Of a DNA stretch of 64,000 nt, positions 40,381 through 53,685 are shown piece by piece. The notes beneath the pieces were generated by a model, which did no database searches, was not told where the DNA came from, and saw only the letters and a program-made list of their open reading frames with translations. Origin of the DNA: Octopus vulgaris (Eukaryota). A program made the position numbers and the translations under genes. Location: positions 5,332,001 through 5,396,000 of the forward strand of contig OX597829.1 of NCBI GenBank assembly GCA_951406725.2, in the 5' to 3' direction. Numbering within the stretch: position 1 is the first letter of the stretch; every line of letters begins with the position of its first letter.

Positions 40381-41505
40381 TTACACAGTATAAACATATA
40401 AATGACCACAAATTGGTCTGTATTTATTGCAGACAGGAGCTAAAAGTTCCTTTAGCTTTCCACTCCTCACTCTCTCTCTCTCTTTCTCACCCTTTTCTCC
40501 CCTCTCTCTTTACCTCTCTTTCTTTCATTTTCTGTCTGTCTGTTTGTCTCTCTCTCTCTCTCACTCACTCCTCCTGTTTCTCTCACTCATAAAATTGTAC
40601 CCTTCATCCACCCCACTGCCCCTCTGTTCATTTGATTTGTCTCCTATTCTCCATCAATCTGTGTTTACCTCCTTCCCATCTTCTCACTACCTGTCTGTTG
40701 TCTTTCTCCACTTTGTAATTATATCACCACCCCTGTCTGTCGGTCTGTCCGTTTGTCTGTCTCTCCTTATTTCTCTTTCTCTCTCTCCTTCTTTCCCCGT
40801 CAGTCCCCACTTTCTCTCTCACATACACACATACAAACATCACACTACTATCTGATTTCTATTTTCCTTTTTACCTTGTATATATATATATGCACTTCAC
40901 ATTCACACACAGTTTTGAGCTATTTTCACTTTCACACTTTCATCTCCATCTCTGTCCTTCTGTCCCTGTCTTATCAATTAATGTCCTCCCGTCACTCTCT
41001 TACATTCCCACATTATATATATCTCTTTTCCAATCTGTATCTGTCCATCTCTATCATTCTATCTTTATCATATTTTTATCTCATACTCTCTAACCTCTCT
41101 ACTTAAGTTCCTACTATTTCTGAAGTTATGTATAACAAAAATAAAGCATAAAACTAAAGGAAAACAGATGATAAAAATGTGAAAGAACAGAAGTAGACAG
41201 AGAAGTGAAGACAACAAAAGGCAGGGTGGAGATAACTGAGTGTCCTAAAAGTCATTCAGTATTATTTCTGCTGATATATGATATGCAAAAATAAAAAATA
41301 TTAAAAATAATATAAAATTTTTAAAAAGCAGTGGGAGACAATCTCATAACAACTTGGGAGTTTTAAACAGATAGTGTGTTTGCAATAATAGATAATAACA
41401 AAAGCTTGTAAACTGATACTGACAATGCTTGCATGTGTACACAAATACACGTGTATCTATGCCAGTGTACACACTCGTGTGTGTATATATATATATATAT
41501 ATAAA

Positions 41506-41736
41506 GGCGGCGAGCAGGCAGAAAAGTTAGCACGCCGGGCGAAATGCTTAGCAGTATTTCGTCTGCCGCTACGTTCTGAGTTCAAATTCCGCAGAGGTCG
41601 ACTTTGCCTTTCATCCTTTCGGGGGTCAATTAAATAAGTACCAGTTATGCACTGGGGTCGATGTAATCAACTTAATACCTTTGTCCGTCCTTGTTTGTCC
41701 CCTCTATGTTTAGCCCCTTGTGGGTAATAAAGAAAT
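41506..41736 (+). mobile_element. SINE family B, full length
   Basis: GGCGGCGAGCAGGCAGAA..GAGTTCAAATTCCGC..GCCTTTCATCCTTTCGGGGGTC. Confidence 0.9.
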
Positions 41737-41740
41737 ATGT

Positions 41741-41792
<52 letters not shown>

Positions 41793-41917
41793 TTACCTAT
41801 ACATATATGGAGAGAAATAGTTATATAAATGTGTGTGTGTGTATGTGTGTGTGTGCACATGCATGTACATGTGTGTGTATATGCATGCATGTGTGTGTGC
41901 ATATATATATATATATA

Positions 41918-42021
41918 CTTTATTTAAAAGCAGCAGAAATTCAACAAAACCTGTTACTCTGAGTTCCATGTTCCCATTCATTGGACAGTTTTTGTTGAAT
42001 TTCTGCTGCTTTTAAATAAAG
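41918..42021. repeat. Near-perfect about 37-bp inverted repeat enclosing a hammerhead-like loop
   Basis: CTTTATTTAAAAGCAGCAGAAATTCAACAAAA..TTTTGTTGAATTTCTGCTGCTTTTAAATAAAG. Confidence 0.9.
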
Positions 42022-42129
42022 CATATTTCTCTACCCCTGGTATTTGAGTACTCTTTTTTCCACCTTGTTACACATTTATGTGTTTACTCCAGTATATATA
42101 TATATATAAAACATACACAAGTATATATA

Positions 42130-42770
42130 TGTTTTGATTTACTTATATATGTACCTACATCAAGCCTCAATACAGCTTCAAGATAGTTCTGAAACCTGGT
42201 ACATGCATTTCTGACTGCGCCCCTTGGTCTTGGCCACCAGCTCAGCATTTGTGTTGCAGGCAGAGTGGTTGGTGTCTTTCTCAACCATGCCCAAAATTTA
42301 GTTATCCATGAGGTTACAACAAGGAAATTAGGTAACCAGAATTTGGGGCTGGTGGAGCCCTAGAAATTCTCTGATAACCACTTCTGGCTATCTTTCTGAA
42401 GGTGTAGCAAGTAACCGAATCCTGCAGACATTTATGTGGCCTTCTATCAAAAACCCTCTTCAGACACAGATTGACCACAACCTCCAACAGCCTCACGTGG
42501 CTGTCTGCCTTGGGACCCTGTTCTTAGTTGTGGGAATGAACTCCAGCAAGGGGACACGGTCAGAACACTTGTTGTGTTGTTTCCTGCCGGCCACAGCTTT
42601 GTAGTCTCTGTCGCAGCTGTCCATGTCATGGCTAACAGCCTTTGTATTGTTTATAGAGTATCGAACATCAGTCATTTTGTTGGCAATTTTATACCTGGCA
42701 TGAATCATAACACAGGTAACTCTTTTCCAATATTCAGATGGTTTCCAGCCCTCCATATCAGTTAACTTTT
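42130..42770 (-). mobile_element. Decayed Tc1/mariner transposase
   Basis: KRVFDRRP..LQDSVTCYT, CNLMDN*ILGMVEKDTNHSACNT; frameshifted. Confidence 0.65.
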
Positions 42771-44090
42771 ACTCAACTACAACTTCAATCCTTATACTCT
42801 CCAACACCATTGATTATTCACTAATACATCAAGCTGTTCCCGTTGTGTACCTGCTATGCCTGTGTATATACACACACCCTAGCAAATATATACATATGCA
42901 TCAACAAGCTGATGCCATCAGCTCTCATGCACACTCCAGCATATAAACACATGTATCCTATCCCCACATGCATAGCAGTTGCACATACATGAGCATTAGA
43001 CACCTACAATTTCCACGAATCCCTTATGTTATTGTCAAAGTTTTATGAAGTTTAAAATTAAATGAAAATTTTTCAATTAAGTATTTTGATGTAATTCTTT
43101 ATGATTGATTGATTCTAGTTTCAGCTTATGAGCTGTGGCCATGCTGGGGCACCGCCATTTTATGCTGACTCTGATTTTGTTTATTAACTTGTTCCAGAAA
43201 AAATTTGGGAAAATTTTACAGAAGTTTAAAGTTTGATATCTTTTACTCAATCAGGAAACAGGATTTGGAAGCTGGCATTTTCTGTGCAGTAGCTATCACA
43301 AAATAAAAGTAAAAACATTATGATGACAAATTTTTATTGAATAAAATGAAAGTAAAACAATATGATGACAAAAGCTGTTAGAAGTTTTGAAGTTTCAATA
43401 AATTTTAATGAATAAAGTCATGTGAAACAAGTATGTAAACAATTTAAAAAGGCAAAATCCTCAAAGAAAATCTTTTTGCAAAAAATTACAAAAGAAACAA
43501 AAAATAATTTAGTAGTAAACATAACGTATTCACTTGAAAATAATTCAAAAACGTCTCACACTTACATATATTTAGATATAAATAAAATTACCTATTTGCA
43601 AAGAAAAAAATTAAAATATTATCTGTTTAAAGAAAGCTAAAATATATATACTTACTATACAAAAAACTTACATTTCTGAAATCACATTCACTTGAAAATA
43701 TCTCTAAAGGATTAAAATATTGTGTTTAAGAAAAGCGAGAATAGAAACATTTACTATAGAAAAAAGAGATCACTGCCTAATAGAAAGATAAGAGTTTTTT
43801 CCTTTTCAGGATAAGGATTATTTTCAGAACATTTTCCCGTTATGTGCCGTTTTGAGTATCTGTACCCCCAAAATCTCTAATATCTTGAAAACCACCTTAC
43901 CAATTTATGCAAAACATGTTTCATTCTGTTCGTATTAACATTTCAGGGTAAAGTTAATTCATAGTACACCAGTTTGGCTGAGTAACATTGCAAGCAAGCA
44001 AGATTCAAACTGACATTTAACGTATTATATATATTAATGTGTGTGTGTGTGTGTGTGCATGTGTTTGTGTTCTTGTGTGTGTGTGTCTAT

Positions 44091-44123
<33 letters not shown>

Positions 44124-44531
44124 AGGTGGGACAGGTGCATAAATTGTCCTTGCAATCTGAAAACTTTCGGGAATAAAAATAAGGATGATTCAGCAGAGTT
44201 TATTGGAAAACATAGGCAAAGAAATAAAGATTTATTAAAACTATAGAAATGTTCCATGTGAGAAATCCTCTTTTTGTTATTCTGATTTTTTAAAGTTATA
44301 AAGGTAATTTGTGAGACACCCTGTGTCTATACATTGTATATTCTCTTTTTCTCTTTTCTCTTTTACTTGTTTCAGTCATTTGACTGTGGCCATGCTGGAG
44401 CACCGCCTTTTTAGTCGAGCAAATCGACCCCAGGACTTATTCTTTGTTAGCCTAGTACTTATTCTATCGGTCTCTTTTGCCGAACCGCTAAGTAACGGGG
44501 ACGTAAACATACCAGCGGGGGACAAACACAG

Positions 44532-44577
<46 letters not shown>

Positions 44578-45310
44578 CATCATCATCATCATCGTTTAAC
44601 GTCCGCTTTCCATGCTAGCATGGGTTGGACGGTTCAACTGGGGTCTGGGAAGCCCGAAGGCTGCACCAGGCCAGTCAGATGTGGCAGTGTTTCTACAGCT
44701 GGATGCCCTTCCTAACGCCAACCACTCCGAGAGTGTAGTGGGTGATTTTATGTGCCACCGACACAGGTGCCAGACGAGGCTGGCAGACGGCCACGCTCGG
44801 ATGGTGTTTTTTATGTGCCACCGACACAGGTGCCAGACGAGGCTGGCAGACGGCCACGCTTGGATGGTGTTTTCTTATGTGTCACCGACACAGGTGCCAG
44901 ACGAGGCTGGCGGATGGCCACGCTCGGATGGTGTTTGTTACATGCCCTCAGCACGGAGGTCAGTCATTGCGGTACTGGCTACGGTCACGTTCGGATGGTT
45001 TTCTTATGTGCCACCGGCACTGGTACCACAAGGATACAAATTCCATTGATGTTCATCTATTTTGATTTGGTTCGATTTGATTCGATACGATTCGATTCTC
45101 ACTTGCCTCAACAGGTCTTCACAAGTGTCACAAGAAGGAAGGTATGCACAGGTGGACTGACTACGTCCCAGGTAGGGGCCACGGATTATGGCTTCACTAG
45201 TCTTGCCGGGTCTTCTCACGCACAGCATACTTCCATAGGTCTCGGTCTCTAGTCATTTCCATGGTGAGACCTAACGTCCGAAGGTCGTGCTTCACCACCT
45301 CGTCCCAGCC
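44578..45310 (-). mobile_element. 5'-truncated RTE LINE (ORF end plus 3' UTR)
   Basis: WDEVVKHDLRTLGLTMEMTRDRDLWKYAVREKTRQD*, 3' UTR with about 60-bp tandem units, (GAT)n tail. Confidence 0.9.
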
Positions 45311-45749
45311 ATATATATATATGCATATATATATTTTTTTATACATATGTGGGTATATATATATAATATATACATACATACACACATATTGACATATACT
45401 TACATACATATATGCACACATACATACATGCACACATACATACCTACTTGCGTGCATACACACACATGCATACACACATACATACATACATACATACACA
45501 CATACATACATATATACATACATACATACATACATACCTTGTTGTTGATGTTGAAATCCCAATGATGTTGAAATCCCTTGGATCTAGGTTAGAAACTAGC
45601 TCTTTTTCTATTTGTAAAACATATGCAAATAAAACTAAATAATGACATACATGCATACATACATACATACTTACATATGTACATATATACATACATATCT
45701 ACATGCATACATACATATACATATGTATATATATACAAACATATATATA

Positions 45750-45960
45750 TAGTTAATCCAAACATGAAAACACAAAGAGAAAACACAACAACACGAGGAC
45801 GTGGAACAAGTATAGTGTTATTAGATGCTCAGGAAAGGAAAGAAAGAAGGAGGATTTAACGTTTCGAGCGGAGCTCTTCGTCAGAAATATAGAAAAAAGG
45901 AAAAGTCCAAGGAAGGGAAAACAGTGAAAGAAAATCACCAACGATACGCACGCAGTCACA
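45750..45960 (-). mobile_element. About 210-bp hammerhead-bearing non-coding element (Penelope-related)
   Basis: Second copy at 61890-62090; both are flanked by (TA)n/(TACA)n. Confidence 0.75.
45854..45888 (-). ncRNA. Minimal type I hammerhead ribozyme motif
   Basis: auuu CUGACGA a gagc-ucc-gcuc GAAA c GUU aaau: intact core, 4-bp stems I and II, palindromic loopless stem III (AACGUU). Confidence 0.8.
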
Positions 45961-47230
45961 CCTACATGCATACATACTTACATATGTACTTACATATGTA
46001 TATATACATACATACATACATGCATACATACATACATACATACACATAAACATATATGCATGTATATATATACATGCATACTTACACACAAGCATACAAA
46101 CATGCTTACATGCATACAAACATACATACATACATACATACATACATACATACATACATAAACACATACATACATGGTCATAATAGTTTACTTACATCCC
46201 TGCAACTTTGCATTTCACCAGAAGAAATTGAAAAACAAAATGTATCACGCTGAAGAATAAGCACTGGGTTCATTTTGTTCAATTAAACCCCTCAAGATGC
46301 GCCCAAGCATGGCCACAGTCCAATGACTGAAACAGGTAAAAGATCAAAGATGTGTGTGTGTGTGTGATTCAGCATGCGTACGTGTCTGTGTACGTATCAT
46401 AGTTATCATAATCATCATCATTATCAACAAAAATAAGATAAGGATGTTCCTCTGTAGGGTATGTATTAAGGGTATATTTGGAAAATGTTTACCCAAGGGT
46501 GATACTATTTTGTACATAATTACAGTTTATCAAGATTGAATGTAGTTATGCAGCAGATTTAAAGCATTTTCCTGCCACATTTTATTTCTAAGCAGTTGCC
46601 ACCCCCACCAACACCACCACCACCACCACCACCACCACATCGTCATCTTACTCTCTAACGTCTAAAGTACCAATCCTTACTCTTCCACTATCATTGAACC
46701 TATTCACTTGCATACTTCTTGTCTTTTCATCTAAGCTACTCTTCATTCCACTCTCTTCTCTATTTATACCAAAGCTCAGTAGTTCCTGACATTATTTAGC
46801 TCATGACACTCTTGGAATCTTTTATTTTTCTGGAAAAATCAAAATCCTTTAATAGAAATTAAATTTGTAAATTTTAATAAATAATAATGAATTAAAATTA
46901 ATAATAAATAGACATTAACAAATAGCATTATTCAAAGGTCACCAGCTTTCCCCACTTCTGTAATAAACTTCATAAGCATATATTGTGTATTTTTCTGTTT
47001 TACAAAAACAAAAATATTTTGAGGGTGCAATGAGACAAGCATTATAATCATGCATTATATATATAGTATATAACATTGTGCACCTCAGCAATGTGTATAG
47101 TAAGCTCCATTGGGGATTTTCTGAACTTGAGAAGATGCAATCATCCACACCTACAGGCCTGTCTTTTACAGGTGTCCAGCTCCTGAAGAACCATCCAAAG
47201 CATGCCAGCATGGAAAACGAACTTTAAACA

Positions 47231-47385
47231 ATGATGATGACGGTGGTGATGATGATGATGATGACGATGATGATGATGATGATGATGATGATGACAACGA
47301 CAGTGATAATGATGACGGTGATGATGATGATGGTGGGGCGGGTGATGGTGGGGGGTGATGGTGGTGGGGTGATGATGATGATGAT
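47231..47385. repeat. (GAT)n/(GGT)n microsatellite
   Basis: Visible. Confidence 0.9.
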
Positions 47386-48904
47386 ATAACTCACATAGCA
47401 AAATCTTCTATTGTTACCCAAAAATTTAATAACTTCTGAAAGATGATTACTTTTTGAGCACCAAAATAAAATCCTTTAGCACTCATATATTGTATTACAT
47501 TTTACTATATTTATTCAATGAAATCATTGTGGTTGATGCTGCTTTTAGTATCAGGTTCCATGACTATGTCACGATGGAGCTTAAAATATTGAAACTGCAT
47601 TGTGTGTATGTGTGTCTATGTATGATTTTGGTGTATAAATTTTAAAGAATTACAAATGGTAATGCAAAAATTTTAAGAGGAAACGATGATACTTTTAGGT
47701 CCCCTTCATTGAGATTATGCTCCCACTCTAATTCCTAACTTTTTCTGTGGCCCCACTGAACTTTGCCATGAAGCAAGACTGGGAAATACTGCCCCTTAGA
47801 TCAACAACTCTCCTCACTTTTCATACCATCTTTGTAAAACTGTTTTTTCCTTCATTCTTCACCTTAGCCATGATTCTATATTGTTCCTAACATACGGAAA
47901 ACCATAAACTCCACTTCCTACACGACTCCAGCACCATTCCTCCTCCCCTAGCAACTACCCAATATATCTTTTATTTATACATCATCCTACTCTATCTTTG
48001 GTCACACCTCCCTTCCATCACAACCACCATCCCACTTTTCTTACCATACCATCACAGCACACTGACCTACCCCTCTCACAATCCAACCACTTCAAGTCAA
48101 CCACTCACTGTCATTCCTATAATACCTGACTTTCCATTCTCCAAAGCTCTTCTCTGCCATCTTCCAGGCTCTCTGCAAGAACCCAGTACCTAATAATCAA
48201 GATTGTTTCTCAGCTTGGGATCCCTGTCCATTCAACTGACCACCACCACCACCATCAGACCAGTTCAGCAGCGGTGACTTTCTAGCCTTGTTTGTGGATG
48301 GACATAACTGTGCAGTGAAGCAGCTTAACTTTTACAAATGTTGTCAATCTCTTAACATCACCTAGGAATCTCAAGCCTCCATCACCTCCAATGCCATGAT
48401 GGCATCAACAGAAAAACTAACAAATGGTAATCTACAATCTACCACCTCGTATATGGTTAAACATAAACCATGTTCCTATGAATTAACATGTTGCAATGAA
48501 AGAGAATTCCTATAATTTCAGTGAATGAAAAATGTATAAAATTTCTTCAACTAAGACTCTTAGACTCCAATGATTAAATTATACACAAACTTTTCCATAC
48601 TATCATCATCATCAAAAACTAAATTTCCCAAGCTGGCAACGGTTGGACAACTTCAAAGGAACTGGCATGGTCAGGGTCTGCACCAGCTTCCTTAGTCTGT
48701 TTTGGTATGGTTTCTACAGCTGGATGTCCTTCCTAATGCCAACCACTTTACAGAGTGTACTTTTCATGAGGCACCATAACCAGTGCTTTTTATGTGGCAC
48801 TGGCACCCACACCAATGCTTATTACATGGATCTTGGGTTTAGGATCCCAATTGTGTTGTGGTGGGTGGGTCTTTATATAATGTCAATAAATTTTTACACT
48901 TCAC

Positions 48905-49500
48905 TGATTGAAAAATTCCCCAAATTATATGGCTAATGGAAGGTTTTTAAAAGTAACCCTTGTTTAAGTTGGTGAATGCTGCCATAATCCTTGCCTTCAG
49001 TTCCTCTTTGGTGTTACAAGGAGTTTTGTTGGTCTTTAGCTCAACTGCCCCTCACACATAATAATCAAGGCGGTTGCATTCTGGGGTGTCAGGTGACCAG
49101 ATGTTAGGGGTGATGTGGTTTCAGAAATTGTCTGACAGCCATGACTGGGTTCTCCTGTTTTGTGCAGCATGGGGGTCTTCCAGCAGCCACCCTCTTGATC
49201 CAAGGCAGCACTACCTCCTTCAGGCACTTGATGCGAGCCTCCATTTTGAGTCTGAGGCCATGTGATAAGATAAGTGGAGACATATGATCGCCATCACTAG
49301 TGATCACTCCAAACACCATGATGTTGACTGGATGTTTGATTTTTATCACTCTCGGAACATTTCCTCAAATTGACACCAAAATACTCTGAAACGTTCGCAT
49401 TGGAGCTTTTGGTGTGAATGCTTACAGTACAGTATGTTGTTTCTAAATTTCTGGCAGAGCAAATTGTGCCATAGTGCTGTTTTTTCTCACAGACAGTGCC
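48905..49500 (-). mobile_element. Internally deleted Tc1/mariner transposase pseudogene
   Basis: KHPVNIMVFGVITSDGD..CLKEVVLPWIKRVAAGRP..PNIWSPDTPECNRLDYYV..TNKTPCNTKEELKARI. Confidence 0.85.
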
Positions 49501-49612
49501 CAAAGATGGCTGCAACTATCTGATCACTGTGGCTTTTCGGTATCTAGGTAGGTGCTGGAGTCTTGGTTATATTTAAAAAACGGACAAACACTATTTTCAT
49601 ATGTATATTTTA

Positions 49613-49653
<41 letters not shown>

Positions 49654-49905
49654 AATGAAAAAGAACTTAATCAAACAGAATGAGGATGGTCTACATTAAC
49701 AAGAAATATGTAGTGAAGTTCATGAATTTTGGTAAAAATTGTACATAGTGGGGGAGATGTTTCTAGAAATGTCATCTAGAGATGCCATCTAGAAAAAGAG
49801 AGAGAGGGGGGAGAGAGAGAGAGAGAGCTACAAGAAAGAGGCCAGAAACAAATGTGCTGATGTAAAGGAGATATTTAGTTACCAAGTCAGAGGGAAAACA
49901 ACAGA

Positions 49906-49943
<38 letters not shown>

Positions 49944-50236
49944 AGGAAACAGTAAAAGTGTTGAGTATAGAACCTGGGTAGAAAAATAAGGTGTGCGCGT
50001 TGGGAGTGTGGGGAGCAGCGATGCAGTGAGCTTGGCAGTGAGGGCAAGAAAGGGTATTGGACAAGAATCATAATTTATGAAGAGGAAATGTGAGGATGAA
50101 AAAGATGCAGTTAGAAGAGGAGTTGCAGTTGGATTTCTTAAGGCAGAGTGGATGAAAAGTTTGTTGTTACGAGTGGGTGAGACACAAACTCTTGTAGGAC
50201 TTAGTCTCATGGATGGAACATCTCTACAACCTCATA

Positions 50237-50647
50237 TCTATTTCTTTACTACCCACAAGGGGCTAAACACAGAGGGGACAAACAAGGACAGACAAACGGA
50301 TTAAGTTGATTATATCGACTCCAGTGCATAACAGGTACTTAATTTATCGACCCCGAAAGGATGAAAGGCAAAGTCAACCTGAGTGGAATTTGATCTCAGA
50401 ATGTAACGGCAGACGAAATACCTATTTCTTTACTACCCACAACAGGCTAAACACAGAGAGGGCAAACAAGGACAGACAAACGAATTAAGTCGATTACATC
50501 GACCCCAGTGCATAACTGGTACTTATTTAATTGACCCCGAAAGGATGAAAGGCAAAGTCAACCTCGGCGAAATTTGAGCTCAGAACGTAACGGCAGACGA
50601 AATACAGCTACGCATTTCGCCTGGCATGCTAACGGTCCTGCCAGCTC
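50237..50647 (-). mobile_element. Head-to-tail dimer of SINE family B
   Basis: Two units of about 185 bp starting CTATTTCTTTACTACCCAC at 50237 and 50421; only the distal unit keeps the head. Confidence 0.9.
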
Positions 50648-50654
50648 ATATAGC

Positions 50655-50960
50655 AAAACATCTGGATCCATGACACTTTCATCACTTGCCACGGCTCCAA
50701 ATATCATTGCAGAGGCAGGATTCTTAGCCTCAAATACAATGTCAGAAGGGTTGTATGCAATCTCTCAAGAATTTCTGCGAAGTACACCTCAGCATCCTCA
50801 GTGAACTTCATCTTATTCACAAGACTTCTTTCCTGCACCTTGATGCTTGATGAATGACAGAAGCTTTGGACATCTCTTGGCTCTGACTGCTTAGGCTTTG
50901 GCTGTTAGGAGGCAATGGCATTGTCGAATGTAGCTAGTCATGCCAAGGTTCACAGTTCTG
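50655..50960 (-). mobile_element. Tc1/mariner transposase remnant
   Basis: AKNPASAMIFGAVASDESVM resembles the motif at 49250-49345. Confidence 0.55.
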
Positions 50961-50975
50961 GACACCATGGAAAGG

Positions 50976-51038
<63 letters not shown>

Positions 51039-51802
51039 TAAATTAGAGATAAAACCACTATTAGGCAACTCAAACAGTGATAGACATAAACCAAAACATA
51101 AAAAACAAAAAATAAATATAATTAATATAATATATAATATATATAAAATATAAAATTTAAATTATCTCTAATTTAATTTATATTTATACTGTGAAATTTG
51201 ATTTAATCCTAAATCTAATTTTCCCTGTAAGTTTGGATATACTCCCTAATATTATTATTATATATATATATATATAAAGGGGAAAGACCCCCTTCAGTCA
51301 TGAATGACCATGGGATTGCACCTACATAGTTCCTCTCCTTAGTACAAGTCTGGGCAAGGTTGTTTTACGGAAGGCCAGCAGTCACCCATGTATACCGGCC
51401 TCCATTCACCACACCACTGATGTTATCCAAGGGAAAGGCAAAGGGGCCAACACAGCTTGGCACCAGTGATATTACAACTCATTTCTACAGGTGAGTGAAC
51501 TGGAGCAACGTGAAATAAAGTGTCTTGCTCAAGAACACAATCCAGCCCAGTTTGGATATATATATATATATATGTAGACTTGTGCTATGTTTGTGGCTAT
51601 AAAGGTCGTTGACTTTTATTTCCAGCCATGTAAGTGCTACCGTGGACCCTCAATCACTATTTATGACAACCAAATTTTTCTTTTTTGGCTTTATGTTGCA
51701 TCTAGTTACCTTCGTTTATATACATACATACATATATATACATAACACATATATATACATATATACACTCATATATATATGTATATATATATATATATAT
51801 AT

Positions 51803-52072
51803 ATCATCATCATCATCATTTAACGTCCGCTTTCCATGCTAGCATGGGTTGGACGATTTGACTGAGGTCTGGCGAACCAGACTCCAATCTGATCTGGCAG
51901 AGTTTCTACCGCTGGATGCCCTTCCTAACACCAACCACTCAGAGAGTGTAGTGGGTGCTTTTACGTGCCACTGGCACAAGGGCCAGTTTGGTGGTACTGG
52001 CAACGGCCACACCCAAATGGTGCTTTTTACGTGCCACCTGCACAGGACCCAGTCCAGCGGCACTGGCAACGA
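51803..52072 (-). mobile_element. RTE 3' UTR fragment
   Basis: Same family as 633-915. Confidence 0.8.
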
Positions 52073-52312
52073 CATGCATGTATAAATACATACACCCTCC
52101 ACACACACACACTGGCAGAATCAATCCATTTACACATACATAGTCAATTTATCCTTTATCATATATGTCTTTTTTGCACAAACATCAACATCATCATAAT
52201 CAGTGTTTAATGTCCGCTTTCGATGCTGACATGAGTAGGATGATTCGACTGAGAACTGGCATGTATACTTTATACATACATATATACATACATATACATA
52301 TATATATATATG

Positions 52313-52355
<43 letters not shown>

Positions 52356-52420
52356 GTAAATATTTATAGATGTATATACTGACAGACAGATAGAAAGATT
52401 GATAGCTTGGTAGATGTATA

Positions 52421-52451
<31 letters not shown>

Positions 52452-52554
52452 GTGTGTGTGTGTGCGTATGTGTGCGTGTGTGTGTGTGTGTGTGCACGCG
52501 CATATATACACACACATTTTTAAGTTCATCTGGTGCAGGATATAATTTTTTTTA

Positions 52555-52950
52555 TGTAGGCTTTTTGGATCGCCTCCAGTTCAGTAATGATCTTAACACA
52601 ATAAGGCGACCATAGCTGAGAGCAGTAATCTAGGCAGCTGAGAGCAATAATCTAGGTGAAGTGCTTTCCACAGAACAAGTATGACCTCTTGTTCTCTTGA
52701 TCTAAATATTCTTAGAATTCATCTTGTCTTTATTTTGAATGTTATTTTACCATACTTGTAATGTGCATCATATAATTTTTACTGAATTTAGGTGTCTGGC
52801 ACTGAAATTTCTCTTGGCCCAGATTGTACATTTATTCAATTGAATTTCATTTCGTTTTCATCCCACACATATACAACTTCCTGGTTCTTCTGTAAGCCTT
52901 TGAAACATCAGAGATTTTTCTGTTAGCTTTTTGTACCATCAGGGATTATT
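52555..52950 (-). mobile_element. Decayed CR1-group LINE RT C-terminus
   Basis: ILRIFRSREQEVILVLWKALHLDYCSQLWSPY..ELEAIQK, with a short tandem duplication. Confidence 0.65.
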
Positions 52951-53321
52951 ATTGTCATATAGTTTTAAGAAAGTTATGGAAAGACAACTAATAAACTCAT
53001 TTTTTTTAATATTCTCTTAGGAAAAAAACAGGCCTGAAAAAGAAGGAACAAGGCCTGCTGATAGTTTATACTCATTTGAACAAAACAGTTACATCTTTAA
53101 AGTTACTGTAATTGATGCTCATCAGTTCTTTACAAAAATTTTCTATGCCAAGAAATCTACTAACGTTGCATTTTGCATGTGCACCAGTTGATTTGTGAGT
53201 TTACATTGATTATTTCACTTTTGCAGTGAGTAATACATTTACTACAAACAATAGTTCTTTCTATGGTGAGCAATAACAATTTCTCATATGAAGGTATGGA
53301 AAAAAAAAAAAAAAATCTAAG

Positions 53322-53685
53322 ATCTGTGCCGGTGGCACATAAAAAGCACCATCCGAACATGACTGTTGCCAGCGCCGCCTCGACTGGCTTCTGTGCCGGT
53401 GGCACATAAAAAGCACCATCCGAACGTGGTCGATGCCAGCGCCGCCTTGGCTGGCTTCCGTGCCGGTGGCACATTAAAAGCACCAACCCCCCCTGGCACC
53501 TGTGCAGGTGGCACGTAAAAAGCACCCACTACACTCGTGGAGTGGTTGGTGTTAGGAAGGGCATCCAGCTGTAGAAACACTGCCAGATCAGACTGGAGCC
53601 TGGTGCAGCCCCTGGCTTCCCAGACTCCAGTTGAACCGTCCAACCCATGCTAGCACGGAAAACGGACGTTAAACGATGATGATGC
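53322..53685 (+). mobile_element. RTE 3' UTR fragment
   Basis: Ends GGACGTTAAAC(GAT)n. Confidence 0.8.

Noticed and set aside
44745-45025. CRISPR-like array
   Set aside because: Whole units repeat without unique spacers, the context is a eukaryotic LINE UTR and there are no cas genes.
45540-45610. CCAATGA...GAAACTAG hammerhead-like fragment
   Set aside because: It is disrupted by a tandem duplication, and its stems cannot be assigned from this copy.
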